64,000 nucleotides of DNA, taken from assembly GCA_002189035.1 (NCBI GenBank), contig NEEC01000019.1, positions 1,674,001-1,738,000 of the forward strand. Reading direction: 5' to 3'. Positions 51,163 to 64,000 of this stretch are shown here, piece after piece. The notes under the pieces are model-generated. The model saw nothing but the letters and a program-made list of their open reading frames with translations. It had not been told where the DNA came from and ran no database searches. A program made the position numbers and the translations under genes. Origin of the DNA: Utricularia gibba (Eukaryota; Plantae; Magnoliophyta). How positions within the stretch are numbered: position 1 is the stretch's first letter; every line of letters begins with the position of its first letter.

Positions 51163-52992
51163 TCATGGCTGTGAACTCTGGATCTCAGGTTGGAGCTGGG
51201 AAGGTGCAGCATTTGGAACGACAATGGCTGGGGCTGAATTCAGGGTACGGAACTGAGTAGTCATTTGAGGGATCATGGGACCATTAGACATTTGAGAGTG
51301 AGCAATGAACTGAGAAGTGTGATGAATTTGATTACAACAAAATGGTGCCTGGTTATAACCCACTGTTCTGTAGACAACGTCGCTACTTTCCCTCTGAGAA
51401 GAAGGGGCATTTGCATTCCTAAGATTAGCTGCTGCTGGAGCGAATTCCCCGTAACAAGGCACACTGGAGAGGTAGTATAAAGGAGGATGCGAATGCTGAT
51501 GTTGTGGATGAAGCACAGGATAGTAAGAGGCAAATGGGAGTGGTCCAGATGAGAAAGAGTGAACAAAATGAGGGGCATGATTCAAATGGGGATGGTTTTG
51601 ATCGAACCCGGAAGAGATCATATGACCTTGTTCTGGAAGCTGGCTATCCACGGTTTCAGTTCCATGAGGATTAGATGATAGTACCTGAATGTTTCCTGGC
51701 TGTATTTGGTTAAGGGGCTGTTCTTGGTGAGTAGCTTTCCCTTGACTTGCCGATGGATTCAGTACTCCATTTTCGCTGAACATAAACAGCAAACCTGGAT
51801 TTATAGCAATACAAAAAAAGCAAGGGGAGCAGAGAGAATATGCAGGTTTTTTTTTTTTTTTTTACCTGGAAGCTGAATCGGGAGAGTACGAATCAGAAGC
51901 ATCACTTAGTTTATGCTGAAGACGAGGGAGTAGCTGCGGCCGGGTTTCTAGCGCCATTCGTTGAACTCCAAGATCTGATTTGTCATCATTGGGAATATGC
52001 CGATCAGTTTCTCCGCCAGCGATCACCAGTTTAATTGGAACCCCTGTCGCAGCGCTGCCCGGTACAGAACCGCCATTTCCATCCTGAATCTGCGGTGGCA
52101 CATTAACATTCTGTAGGACGGAGACGGCTGAGCCTACAATTTCAGATCCTGGTAATCCAATCTTCTGATTATCCAGCAAATTCATGCTTACGTGTGGCAA
52201 ATTGTTCTGAGGTGGAGAATCGGAGGCAGAATTAGAGATCGTTTCAGGAAATGGCGAATCAGAGATCAGTTGCACATCGTGATTATGCGCAACACAGCTT
52301 CCATCATCATTCCTGTCGATTTTTACCTTCTCAGTTTCAGAACTATCCACTTTCTCCGCCTTAACCACACAATTGTCTTCCAATCCAAGGAGAAGATTGA
52401 TCGAAGAACACTCGCGATCAGCATCTCCTGAAGATAAACTAGATTTACGATTCACAGCGACATTGCAAGAATCCTTCAATTTAACCGATTCAATACCAGA
52501 ACGAAGGTTTTCGATACTCGATGGCGATTTCGGAAACAAGAAAAGGCGAAAGCGGCATAGATTTGATCCGCCTCCGGCACTGGTAGAACGATCGTATTCA
52601 TCGACCATATTTTCAAGATCTTCCTCATTATCCACTGAGATCAAAGACTCTAAATCCTCACTAGGCAACTGGTATTTCAAGGAAAACGGTTGATTATACA
52701 GAAGTTCTCGAGAGAGGCGCTGCAGAAGATCCGAGAACGAAATGCCGCGATTGACGGCGATGATACGCGTGTCTCCACCTACGTAGCAGAGCATTTTGTC
52801 GTGCGGACGGGGGATAATTTGGCCGCCGTAGCTGCACATCAACCGGATCTTCTGCTGCACAGGATCGGCATCCGATGGTTCCGTACATCCAGATCGAGGA
52901 GCAATGCTGACGGCGTCCATATCAACCGCCACAGTCGCCGCCATGGCCAGGGCGGTGACTGGCAGAGCAGCTGATGGTGTTGGAACCTCCAT
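51163..52992 (-). CDS. PB1 (octicosapeptide/Phox/Bem1p) domain protein
   Basis: KIRLMCSYGGQIIPRPHDKMLCYVGGDTRII, LKYQLPSEDLESLISV.NEEDLENMVDEYDR, RLFLFP. Exons 52992-51866 and 51775-51163, phase-compatible. Confidence 0.9.
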
Positions 52993-53254
52993 AGAAGATT
53001 TCGGCGAGAGAAAAAAGGAAGAAAACTGAAACGCGAATCTCCTACTTGGAGTGGAGTTGGACTCGCCAATATTTCTCCCTTCCGCTCCAGCTGTTTTCCG
53101 TATTTTATTTTCGAGGAAAAACAAAATACTAAAACACTCACAATAAAAAATTAAATCACCAAACTAACCAGCGGGAATCCCCAGCCGGTTTTCCACGTCG
53201 ACTGCCGCCCTCAATTTGATCGTTATTTCACATGATTCCGTCAACGCCAGCTGG

Positions 53255-53435
53255 TTCGTAATTGGGCCACGTGGATAAGCCCATTCTGTCGAAAAGAAAG
53301 AATATTGGGCTGGGCCTGTTCCGCCCGCCCACTTGTTACACGCGTCCAACGCTCCTTTGCAGGGGCCCACTAATTTGGGTTTCAACATCTCAAGATGGCC
53401 CAACAAAGCATTAGAGGACGGGGCCCACACCTTAT
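53255..53435. promoter_or_regulatory. Bidirectional promoter with site II (TGGGCY) cluster and G-box between the PB1 gene and ATP synthase beta
   Basis: TTGGGCCACGTGG, TTGGGCTGGGCC, GGGGCCCAC, ATGGCCCAA and GGGGCCCAC within the 608-bp gap between divergent ATGs. Confidence 0.65.
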
Positions 53436-53600
53436 GATTTGGAAAATTATATCCCCGATCCGAATCCGGAGTAAACTCCTCTTTATAACGGTGGTTAAAG
53501 TTGAAAATTTTACTGTTTCTCCCTCTCTGAATTACGGTGGAAACCCTAACAGACCTTCCAAAATCCATCCAATCCAATTCGGGCGTCGACATCTGCGATT

Positions 53601-56268
<2,668 letters not shown>

Positions 56269-56614
56269 GAACTTTGATCTTATTCAGTTATTGAACATGT
56301 TTGGGGTCGTCTACTTTGGGACGACCTAATACTCTTCCTGAGAACCAACCAGGTCCTCGTGTCTTTGTAATAAGATGACGACCGGGATTCTTTACTTTTG
56401 ACAACGGCTTCGTATGGAGGATTTCAGTTCCCTTTCTTCCCACCAACACGAAGATTTCAGGAGCTTTCTTTTCTAAATCGATCCTTTCAGCTCCCCAGAT
56501 GAATCTTGAAATTGGCGGGAACACCCCAATTGACAGTTTCAGGCGGGCCGTTTCCTCCATCGACTACAGAATTGCATTACCGTGTTGTCTTATGATCGGG
56601 ATCCGCCACCGTGC

Positions 56615-57303
56615 ATGGCGCCGCTATCTGCTCCCGGCGTCATCATAATGTTATCGTTCATCGAGAAGAAGACAGATTCTCTCGACATCTCGCGCCACCT
56701 TCGTAACTACATCGTGATCAATTACTCTGAGCGAGAAGCTCAGAATCTGAAGCACGATCTCCAGACAAGAAACTCCGTTTTGATTTCGTCGGTTTCCCCG
56801 ATGCCCCATAAAATATGCGTGAAAGTTCGAGCTTCTTATACACGACACTCCCATCTTATAAATCGGCCTCAAAAGTGTTCGTATGTTGTGGATGATTTTT
56901 CACCCGAAAGATTTCATTTTTAGAAGCATCATTGTAATGACGTTAGTAACTATTGTAGATTGCCATTTTTGCAGCATCCCCTGAAAAGGCTTGCAGACAG
57001 GTTGAAGCTGCCTTATCTAAGTTCCGAGCAACAAGGGAAACATCAACTGAGGAAACACAGGATGCTGTCACAGTAGTGAAGCAACAGCCTGGTGTCCCCT
57101 TCATTACAAGAAACGCGAGAGATGGTGGAAGATGTCCAAAGGCTAATAATATCGGGTCTCAGGTCCTCTGATAACAAATCCAATTCCGGCTACTCGTTCC
57201 CTGCTTCCCGTCAGCCTCTAAAGAACATAACAGCCAGCCAGCGGTTCCTTCTCACGCTCCATATCCACAATCCCCAGACCAGAGGCGCCGCTACTACAGA
57301 TGA
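56615..57303 (+). pseudogene. ALIX: Internally deleted ALIX/BRO1 (ESCRT accessory) relic
   Basis: N-terminus MLSFIEKKTDSLDISRHLRNYIVINYSEREAQNLKHDLQT decays into frameshifts. After an acceptor at 56974: ASPEKACRQVEAALSKFR, QDAVTVVKQQ, REMVEDVQR, then proline-rich PSHAPYPQ..RYYR*. Most of the protein is absent. Confidence 0.85.
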
Positions 57304-58465
57304 TGGTTGCATCATTGTTCACCTAATGCAGTTGTTTTGTCGACCTGTGCATCATGCACAATATGGCTTAATTTCTAAGGAACGTGCGAAATGTGGTTGA
57401 GTTATGATTATTTGGATTTATAATAAGCATTCATTTGATATAAATATTTAAAAATGAAGATTTATGAATATTAAAACAAACAATTTAATATAGATAAATT
57501 AAATTGAAATAATTATATATGCATGATATTGAATATTACTATTACTCGATTGTCATGATCAAAAATCGGTTATGATAATGGTTTGTTGATTTCTAAGACC
57601 AAATCTTTATCGGTCGATTTATGGAATTAGGTTGTTATTTCGAATGTTTGGAAAGCAAGAAAGAAGAGACAATGATTTTTACATGGAAACCACTGCTAAA
57701 CAAAAAATCGTTGGAAAAGCTTACCAAAGAAAATATGTTTCTACAATTCAATTACTTTTTAAGTTTTGTTCTATTCTGATCCATGTCGATTCACCTATGT
57801 GTCACATGCTATCAGAAGTCGTCTACTTGCTTTCTAAACCGATTTCCTCTAGTAGATACCAATTTGATGTTCGCTCTTTCGTATGATTTGTGTAACCTTA
57901 TTATAATCGCTCTAAGTGGCACATACCAATTTTTTACTACATCATCGATTGAGTTTAATTTTTTTTAACATGATTTATGTTTATTATGTATTTGAGTTTT
58001 ACATATAATTATTCGATTATTATTAATTTCAACAATAAATATATCACGAAATAAAATATTTATAGTAATTAGAAAAAATTTGTGTTTATCAAAATCAATG
58101 TATCAAACGTACTTTGATTCCTAAATTCACGGGTTTAACTCTTTAAACATATCTAATAAACGTGAGAATAAAGTGAAAAAATGGTATAATTACACAGGTG
58201 GCAAACATGGAGGTGAGCGTGAAGTATATAAGTAAATGCACACATTGAAGTGTGAAATAGGTCAACTTCTTTTTAAAACTGCTACAAGTAGAATGTGGGA
58301 AGCTACCTTTACGTACACATGTGCCTGCGCTGGGTACAACACACGCTTGCATTATTTCCTTGGGTCAAAATGCGCGGCGCGCCCTTCTGTTCTTGAGGTT
58401 TCCGGCATTTGCACTCTCCTGCGAAACAATTGTGCTAACGGTTATACTCTGAAGCAGGAGATCGG

Positions 58466-61400
58466 ATGTATTCTGTAGTTGTAGCCGTGTTCAGTATTGT
58501 AACGCTTTGTGTGTTGAGCGTGGAGGCGGCAGAGGCACAGTTTTCAGGTGGATCTCGATCGCTGCTGCGATCAATCGAGGACGATCAGATAGAGAAACCT
58601 GATTATGGTGTCGAACTGAACGCCTCAAATTTTGATACCGTTCTTAAAGAGACCCCAGCAATTTATGCAGTAGTTGAGTTTTACGCCCACTGGTAAGTTT
58701 TTTGCTTGGTGTGAGGGTTCATTGGAAGAAAATGATTTGAGTTTTATTTAGTAGATAGTTGGATCTGCTTAGAGTTGTGTAGACGTTGGGGTTAACTTGA
58801 TTACACTTCTCATGAATCAGTAGCATATGAAGAAAAAAAAAGGTATCTTGCGGTTGGATATTGTTTATTGATTAAAACATGTGCATTTTGCAGGTGCCCT
58901 GCTTGCAGGAATTATAAGGTATGTGTAGTTTCGTCTTGTTTTCCAATCCCGCGCTGTGTCTTATGCAATCGTATTAGACATGAATCCATTCACTTTATTC
59001 TGATAACTGGTCACCCATCGGATCTTGCACTTTCTTTAACTTGCATCTTTTGATTTCTTGCAAATTTCGTGTATATTTTGCCTATGCAAGTCATATGAAT
59101 ACCGTAAGGATATGCGCAGCCTCAGTATGAAAAGGTTGCCAAGCTCTTTAACGGAGGTGATGCTGCTCATCCAGGGATTATACTGATGGCTAGAGTAGAC
59201 TGTGCATTGAAGGTGGTCTGGACTATGCTTTTATATTTTTGTTTAATTGTCTATAGAAATATCATCAATGGAATGCGCTGGCTTTTAAATTTATCATATC
59301 AAGAAGATACTTGTGTATTAATGCCCGACCTACTAATGTCATCTGAAGTTTACTTATGGCTAGTCTGTTTTCCATGCTTTGCTTGCTTGGCAGCACAGAT
59401 AAACTCCAATGTGTGTGATAAGTTCTCTGTTGGGCACTATCCTATGCTTCTTTGGGGATCACCTTCGAAGTTCGCGTATGGGAGTTGGGACCCAAAGCAA
59501 AATCCTAATGGAATACGCTCTATTGATGATGGAAGAACTGCAGAACGTTTGTTAAACTGGATCAATAAGGAAACTAACAGGTATTACGCTACGTCTTGTT
59601 AGTCTGTGGATATTACCAGGCATACCTTTTGCCGTTATGATGTATACTTTCTTAAATTCGCGTGCTTAATGTGTGAACGAAATTCTTTTGTTAGAAAGTA
59701 GTGCTTTTTCCGAATAGTTAAATTCTCTCGAGGTCAGGATGTATTAGTTTTGCATGTCTTCTTGCAGTTCATACAGCTTAGATGATAAAAGATATGAGCA
59801 TGAGCATCGTTACATCAACTCTTCAGACCTTGGACAGGTTTTTTTCATGGTTTTAATTAATTTATTTCTTGATCTTATGCGCCCTATGACCTTGTTATTT
59901 TGTGTATTGAGAAGATTGCACGTGCTATTTATGATATTGAGGAGGCAACTCATACAGCGTTTGATATCATTTTGCAGCATAAGGTAACCGGTTCTCCATA
60001 ATTTCATTTCTTTACTTCCGCTTCATCCACCTAATTTTAGTTTCCATAATTTTCTTGGCTTAATAAAGATGATCAAACCCGAGACGAAGGCATCACTTGT
60101 TAAATTTCTTCAGCTTTTAGTGGTTCATCACCCGTCTAGAAGGTCAGCCTAACTCCTCGCATTACTCCCTGTCATCCCTTTTTATTCTCCTCAGTGTATA
60201 TTTAAATGTCTTACAGATGTAGGAAGGGAACTGCAGAAATACTCATTGATTTTGATGACTTTTCTGCCATTAAGAACAAAAATGAAACTCTTAGCGACAA
60301 AGACATCACGAAATATCAAATATGTGGAAAGGATTTACCTCGTGGATACTGGGTAAGAAGAATTTTTAACTGCTTCTTTTTTCCTATTTTGAAGTATTTT
60401 GTACAGTCTTGTAAGTTTGGCGTGTGTTATTATTTGAGCCCCTTTAACCAGTTTTCTTTGTAGATGGTTTGTTATGGCAGCAAGAAAGATACCAGAGGCT
60501 TTAGGTGAGGAATGTTCTCGTAATAGTATTTCAAGAAATGATCTTTTCTAATTTTTATCACCATTAAAGATTTTTTCCCATTCTTTTCTTTGCATTCAAT
60601 ATAATTATGTATCTTTGGTTTTTCGATCCTGTGTCATCTTTATGAGTTTCATATTCGTAAGTGGTTCTAGATTCTGGATTCGTCGGACCGCTTGCTGCTA
60701 AATTCATATCCTGATTTGAATCTGAATCTGTGAGCTGACTAAAATCGATAGGAATATCCTCTTTGGCTGACAAGTGCCTTTTTTGTTTTGCAGTTGTGGG
60801 TTATGGATTTTGTTGCATTCACTTTCTGTAAGGGTTGATGATGAAGAAAGTCACATGGCCTTTACAACCATTTGTGATTTCATTCACAATTTCTTCATTT
60901 GTGAGGAGTGCAGACAGCACTTTTACGATATGTGTTCCAGGTAAATTTTTCAAATGGCCTTTCCGTTGAAAACTTTTTGACTGAGATTTCCTTGGAGTTA
61001 TGTAGATTCTATGCACGTCTAAAGTCCCTTGGTATTCCTGGAGCATAACATTTCAAGCTTCATGCCTGCAGTGTCAATACTACATTCAAAAAGGCCCGTG
61101 ATCTGGTTCTTTGGTTTTGGAATGCACACAACAAGGTTAACAAAAGGCTTATGACGGAAGAATTATCACTTGGTACTTATGATCCGAAATTCCCAATCAT
61201 ATGGCCTCCAAGACATCTGTGCCCTTCATGCTATCTGAGCAAGAATGAAGATGACAGTGGGGAGCAGATTGATTGGAACCACAATGAAGTTTACAAGTTT
61301 CTGATCGGTTATTATGGGGAGGCATTCCTAAATCTGTCCAAGGACAAAGAAAACACCCAGACCGGAGTACGGACCGAGTAGTAGTCGATGACTTGTTACC

Positions 61401-61683
61401 TTCGCCCAATGCAGTTGTTGTGCCTTTCGGAGCTGCCTTGGCTATCGCTGTTGCAAGCTGTGCCTTTGGAGGTCTTGCATGCTACTGGCGCCAGCAGCAG
61501 AAGAACCGGAAGTATAAATACCACCTACACTCTTTTAAAAATATATGAATGGAGTCCCATTACTTTTAGGCAGTGAAACAACAACAATCTGAAAGCCATG
61601 AAAAGTGTATGAAACATTGAAATTCTTAATCTTTTGATATTTTTTTTCACAAAACTTTCAGGCCAAGGAGAAGCTGGAACTAA
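58466..61683 (+). CDS. QSOX: Quiescin sulfhydryl oxidase; apparent 1-bp deletion at 61350-61353
   Basis: Signal peptide; VEFYAHWCPACRNY thioredoxin motif, CGLWILLHSLSV, HNFFICEECRQHF, WNAHNKVN, WPPRHLCPSCY; TM VVPFGAALAIAVASCAFGGLACYWRQQQKNRK. 12 coding exons, the last 61662-61683. Confidence 0.95.
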
Positions 61684-63313
61684 TAGTGGTACAGGATGTA
61701 TAATGGGCTTGTGATGTGATCGCTTTCATTGTCAAATCGTGGCATCTGGACCCATGAAAGTTGGTGAAATGGGTAAGCTTACATGCAACTTGCTGCTTTG
61801 TATCAGAAGCAAGATGAGAGCTCTCACTTATCCTTAAGGTTCCTTCCTCCACTGCTTTTTTTTGTAACATGGTACTGTATGCGAATTTGGTAAGTAAAAT
61901 ATGTAGCTCCCTCTGTACTTTTGACTTTCTCACTTTCCTCAGTTCAGTGCCATGATTTTGGTAGGTTTGTTTTGGGGATCTCTATTCATTTCCTGCCAAC
62001 TGTACCCATTAAATGCGCATACAGCATCAATGTGATATCACTTGTACTATTTTATGAACGGTTAAAACTACTGATTGACTGCAAGTTTTGATCCATTTTC
62101 TAATGAGTTTGGGGAGACATGTTTCACTTGGGAAGCAGTGTGGCAGGCGGGGTTTCTGCTGCGCATATGAGGGAGTTTCTCTTCTATGAAGATCTGCTCA
62201 GGAAGATCCAGATCCATACTCCTGATCTGTTTAGCTGGTACCGAAAAATATGAAGATATTCATTAAATAATGATTCTTTTTTTCTCAGTATTTCCAAAAT
62301 GGGTGTGGCCCAAATCATGTAAATGGGATTCGAAAGCCCTGAAATTATCCCAATTAAAGCAGCCCATGATAAGGCCCAAATGTTAACTAAAAATTACATA
62401 TTTCATTTAGTGTTTTATAATCATGAATTCAATCTAAACATATGCCTATAATGTTTAATTTATTTAAAAAATAATTTGTTTCTTTAAATTTAAAACATAA
62501 TTGAAAATTGCTATTCCGACAACTCATTATAAAAAAATATTCAGTTGAAATCTATAATTAAATTAAAAAATTAATTCAATCTATTTTTGAAACACCTTCT
62601 CTGTTATCTGTGGTCCCAAGAAGCCGAATGATTTAAATATATCATTGTTTACTAATAATAATAATAAAAGGGATACAATTTCTAAAAAGAAATTGCATTA
62701 TGATGAATGGTGGAGATTTGAGATGACAAAGCGAAGTGACTACTCAAAGGACAAGTTTGGAATTGTGAAGAGACAGAGATAGAGGGCGAGGGCCCCTTTT
62801 AAAACAAGTTTCTCTCCAAATCGATGAAAATCAATTTTTTACGTTAAAAAAAGTTAAAAAAAAATCATTATTTTCCCTTTTTTATATAAATTTTACCTAG
62901 AAAAAAATGTAAGAAAAAGAAAGTATTTTATGATTAAAAATAACACGATTAGATTTTTTTTTTCCTGGGGAAGGACAAGCAGCATGTGAATAAAGGGTTC
63001 TTGTTGATTTCGTGCAGACTTGTCTTCATGGTACGCTTTCTTTTCAATGTCCCTTCGCACTGTAGAAATAGGTTAGGTTTTCATGACATGTCTTCTTTCT
63101 CGTGTTTCATTTGTAATCCTTTTTTGGGCTCTCTTCCAATTGTACAATTACCAGACTTTGTACATAAACTCATTTAGGAAAAAGATACATGAACTTGTTT
63201 ACATTTTCATTTGAATTTTCGAGCATCCCTACTTGTTTTTTCATGTATTTTGCTGTGTTTGCAATTTCTAACCCATCAAACTTTGAAATTACAGCCGCCT
63301 GCTGGCTCCCCTG

Positions 63314-63321
63314 TATATATA
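63314..63321 (+). promoter_or_regulatory. Probable TATA box of the MIR319 gene
   Basis: TATATATA about 85 nt upstream of the hairpin. Confidence 0.45.
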
Positions 63322-63404
63322 CAGCCCTTCTGGTTCAATGTTCCCATGCTCCAGAAGTTGGGACTGGCTGCTTTCTTGTGATGTTTGGTGTCAATAAGGA
63401 AGGG

Positions 63405-63580
63405 AGGGAGCTTCCTCCAGTCCAGTCCATGGCAGCTCGAGGCTGAATACCCAGCTGCCGACTCGTCGGTTCGTGAGCTCGTTTGCAGTAACCAGCTCGA
63501 TGCAAATGGGGTTTCGATCCAATGATGCGGGAGCTGCGTTGAGTTTCCTCTGTCGCGTCTTGGACTGAAGGGAGCTCCCT
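63405..63580 (+). ncRNA. MIR319: MIR319 precursor hairpin (mature 63560-63580)
   Basis: Exact TTGGACTGAAGGGAGCTCCCT. The 5' arm AGGGAGCTTCCTCCAGTCCAG (63405-63425) pairs with 2 G:U and 1 mismatch. Inner AGCTGCCGACTC / AATGATGCGGGAGCTG second duplex and 176-nt length are typical of MIR159/319. Confidence 0.96.
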
Positions 63581-64000
63581 CAGCTTCTACTTCATCTGTT
63601 TCCCCTTTGCATTGCTAGTTTTGTTTCTCAATCAAGCAAATATACTCATGCAGCTCCATCCAACTTGATCTGCACGTGCCAAGATGGTGACATGCTTGAA
63701 AATGGTAGGGTTATGGTTCCTTGCGGCTCAATTTGGCTGATCTATTCTTCGTACAATGCACAAACACACACTAGAAAACAGGCTTCGCATTCCCCCACGT
63801 GATGGGAATGTAAAGACAATTTTTTACATCCTTAAAATAAAGTTTTAAAGAAAAGAAAGCGAGCAAAACCCTGCCCTAATACTAACTGTTATTTTCGAAC
63901 CTTCTGTATAAACAATGCGATCATGGGGTGATTCAAGAGATGATGGTTTCAAGTTTCGAAGCTTGGAATGACTCCCCGGATGCCATGAATCGACAGCCAC

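Noticed and set aside
63297-63320. miR160-like string CTGGCTCCCCTGTAT
   Set aside because: Has an indel and mismatches versus miR160, no star arm, and overlaps the TATA palindrome.
63189-63446. 85-aa ORF as a miPEP319 candidate
   Set aside because: Starts upstream of the probable TATA box at 63314, so likely outside the primary transcript.

Overview
Gene-dense eudicot nuclear DNA (short 65-100 nt GT-AG introns, tight intergenic gaps, AT-rich spacers; a compact genome, lineage not determinable here). I could reconstruct 16 spliced or single-exon protein genes: RLP4-like (5' partial), RAV, HHO/NIGT1, BRO1-domain, MED25, HOP2, alpha-xylosidase XYL1, CRF-type ERF, ALT thioesterase, DUF1639, CysRS, GIS-type C2H2, RING-H2 E3, PB1-domain, mitochondrial ATP synthase beta and QSOX. 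Elements the ORF track misses: a MIR319 hairpin, an intron-split conserved-peptide uORF ahead of the CRF gene, a deletion-riddled cytokinin synthase (IPT) pseudogene and an internally deleted ALIX relic. Eight apparent single-base deletions in seven genes, seven of them in homopolymer runs, most likely reflect an unpolished long-read assembly. I found no well-supported new biological system. The most novel leads are speculative: a possible DY-motif secreted peptide at 46.0 kb, two unassigned spliced ORFs at 48.4 and 50.6 kb, and apparently gained introns in RAV and XYL1. All homology calls are from recall, not database searches.
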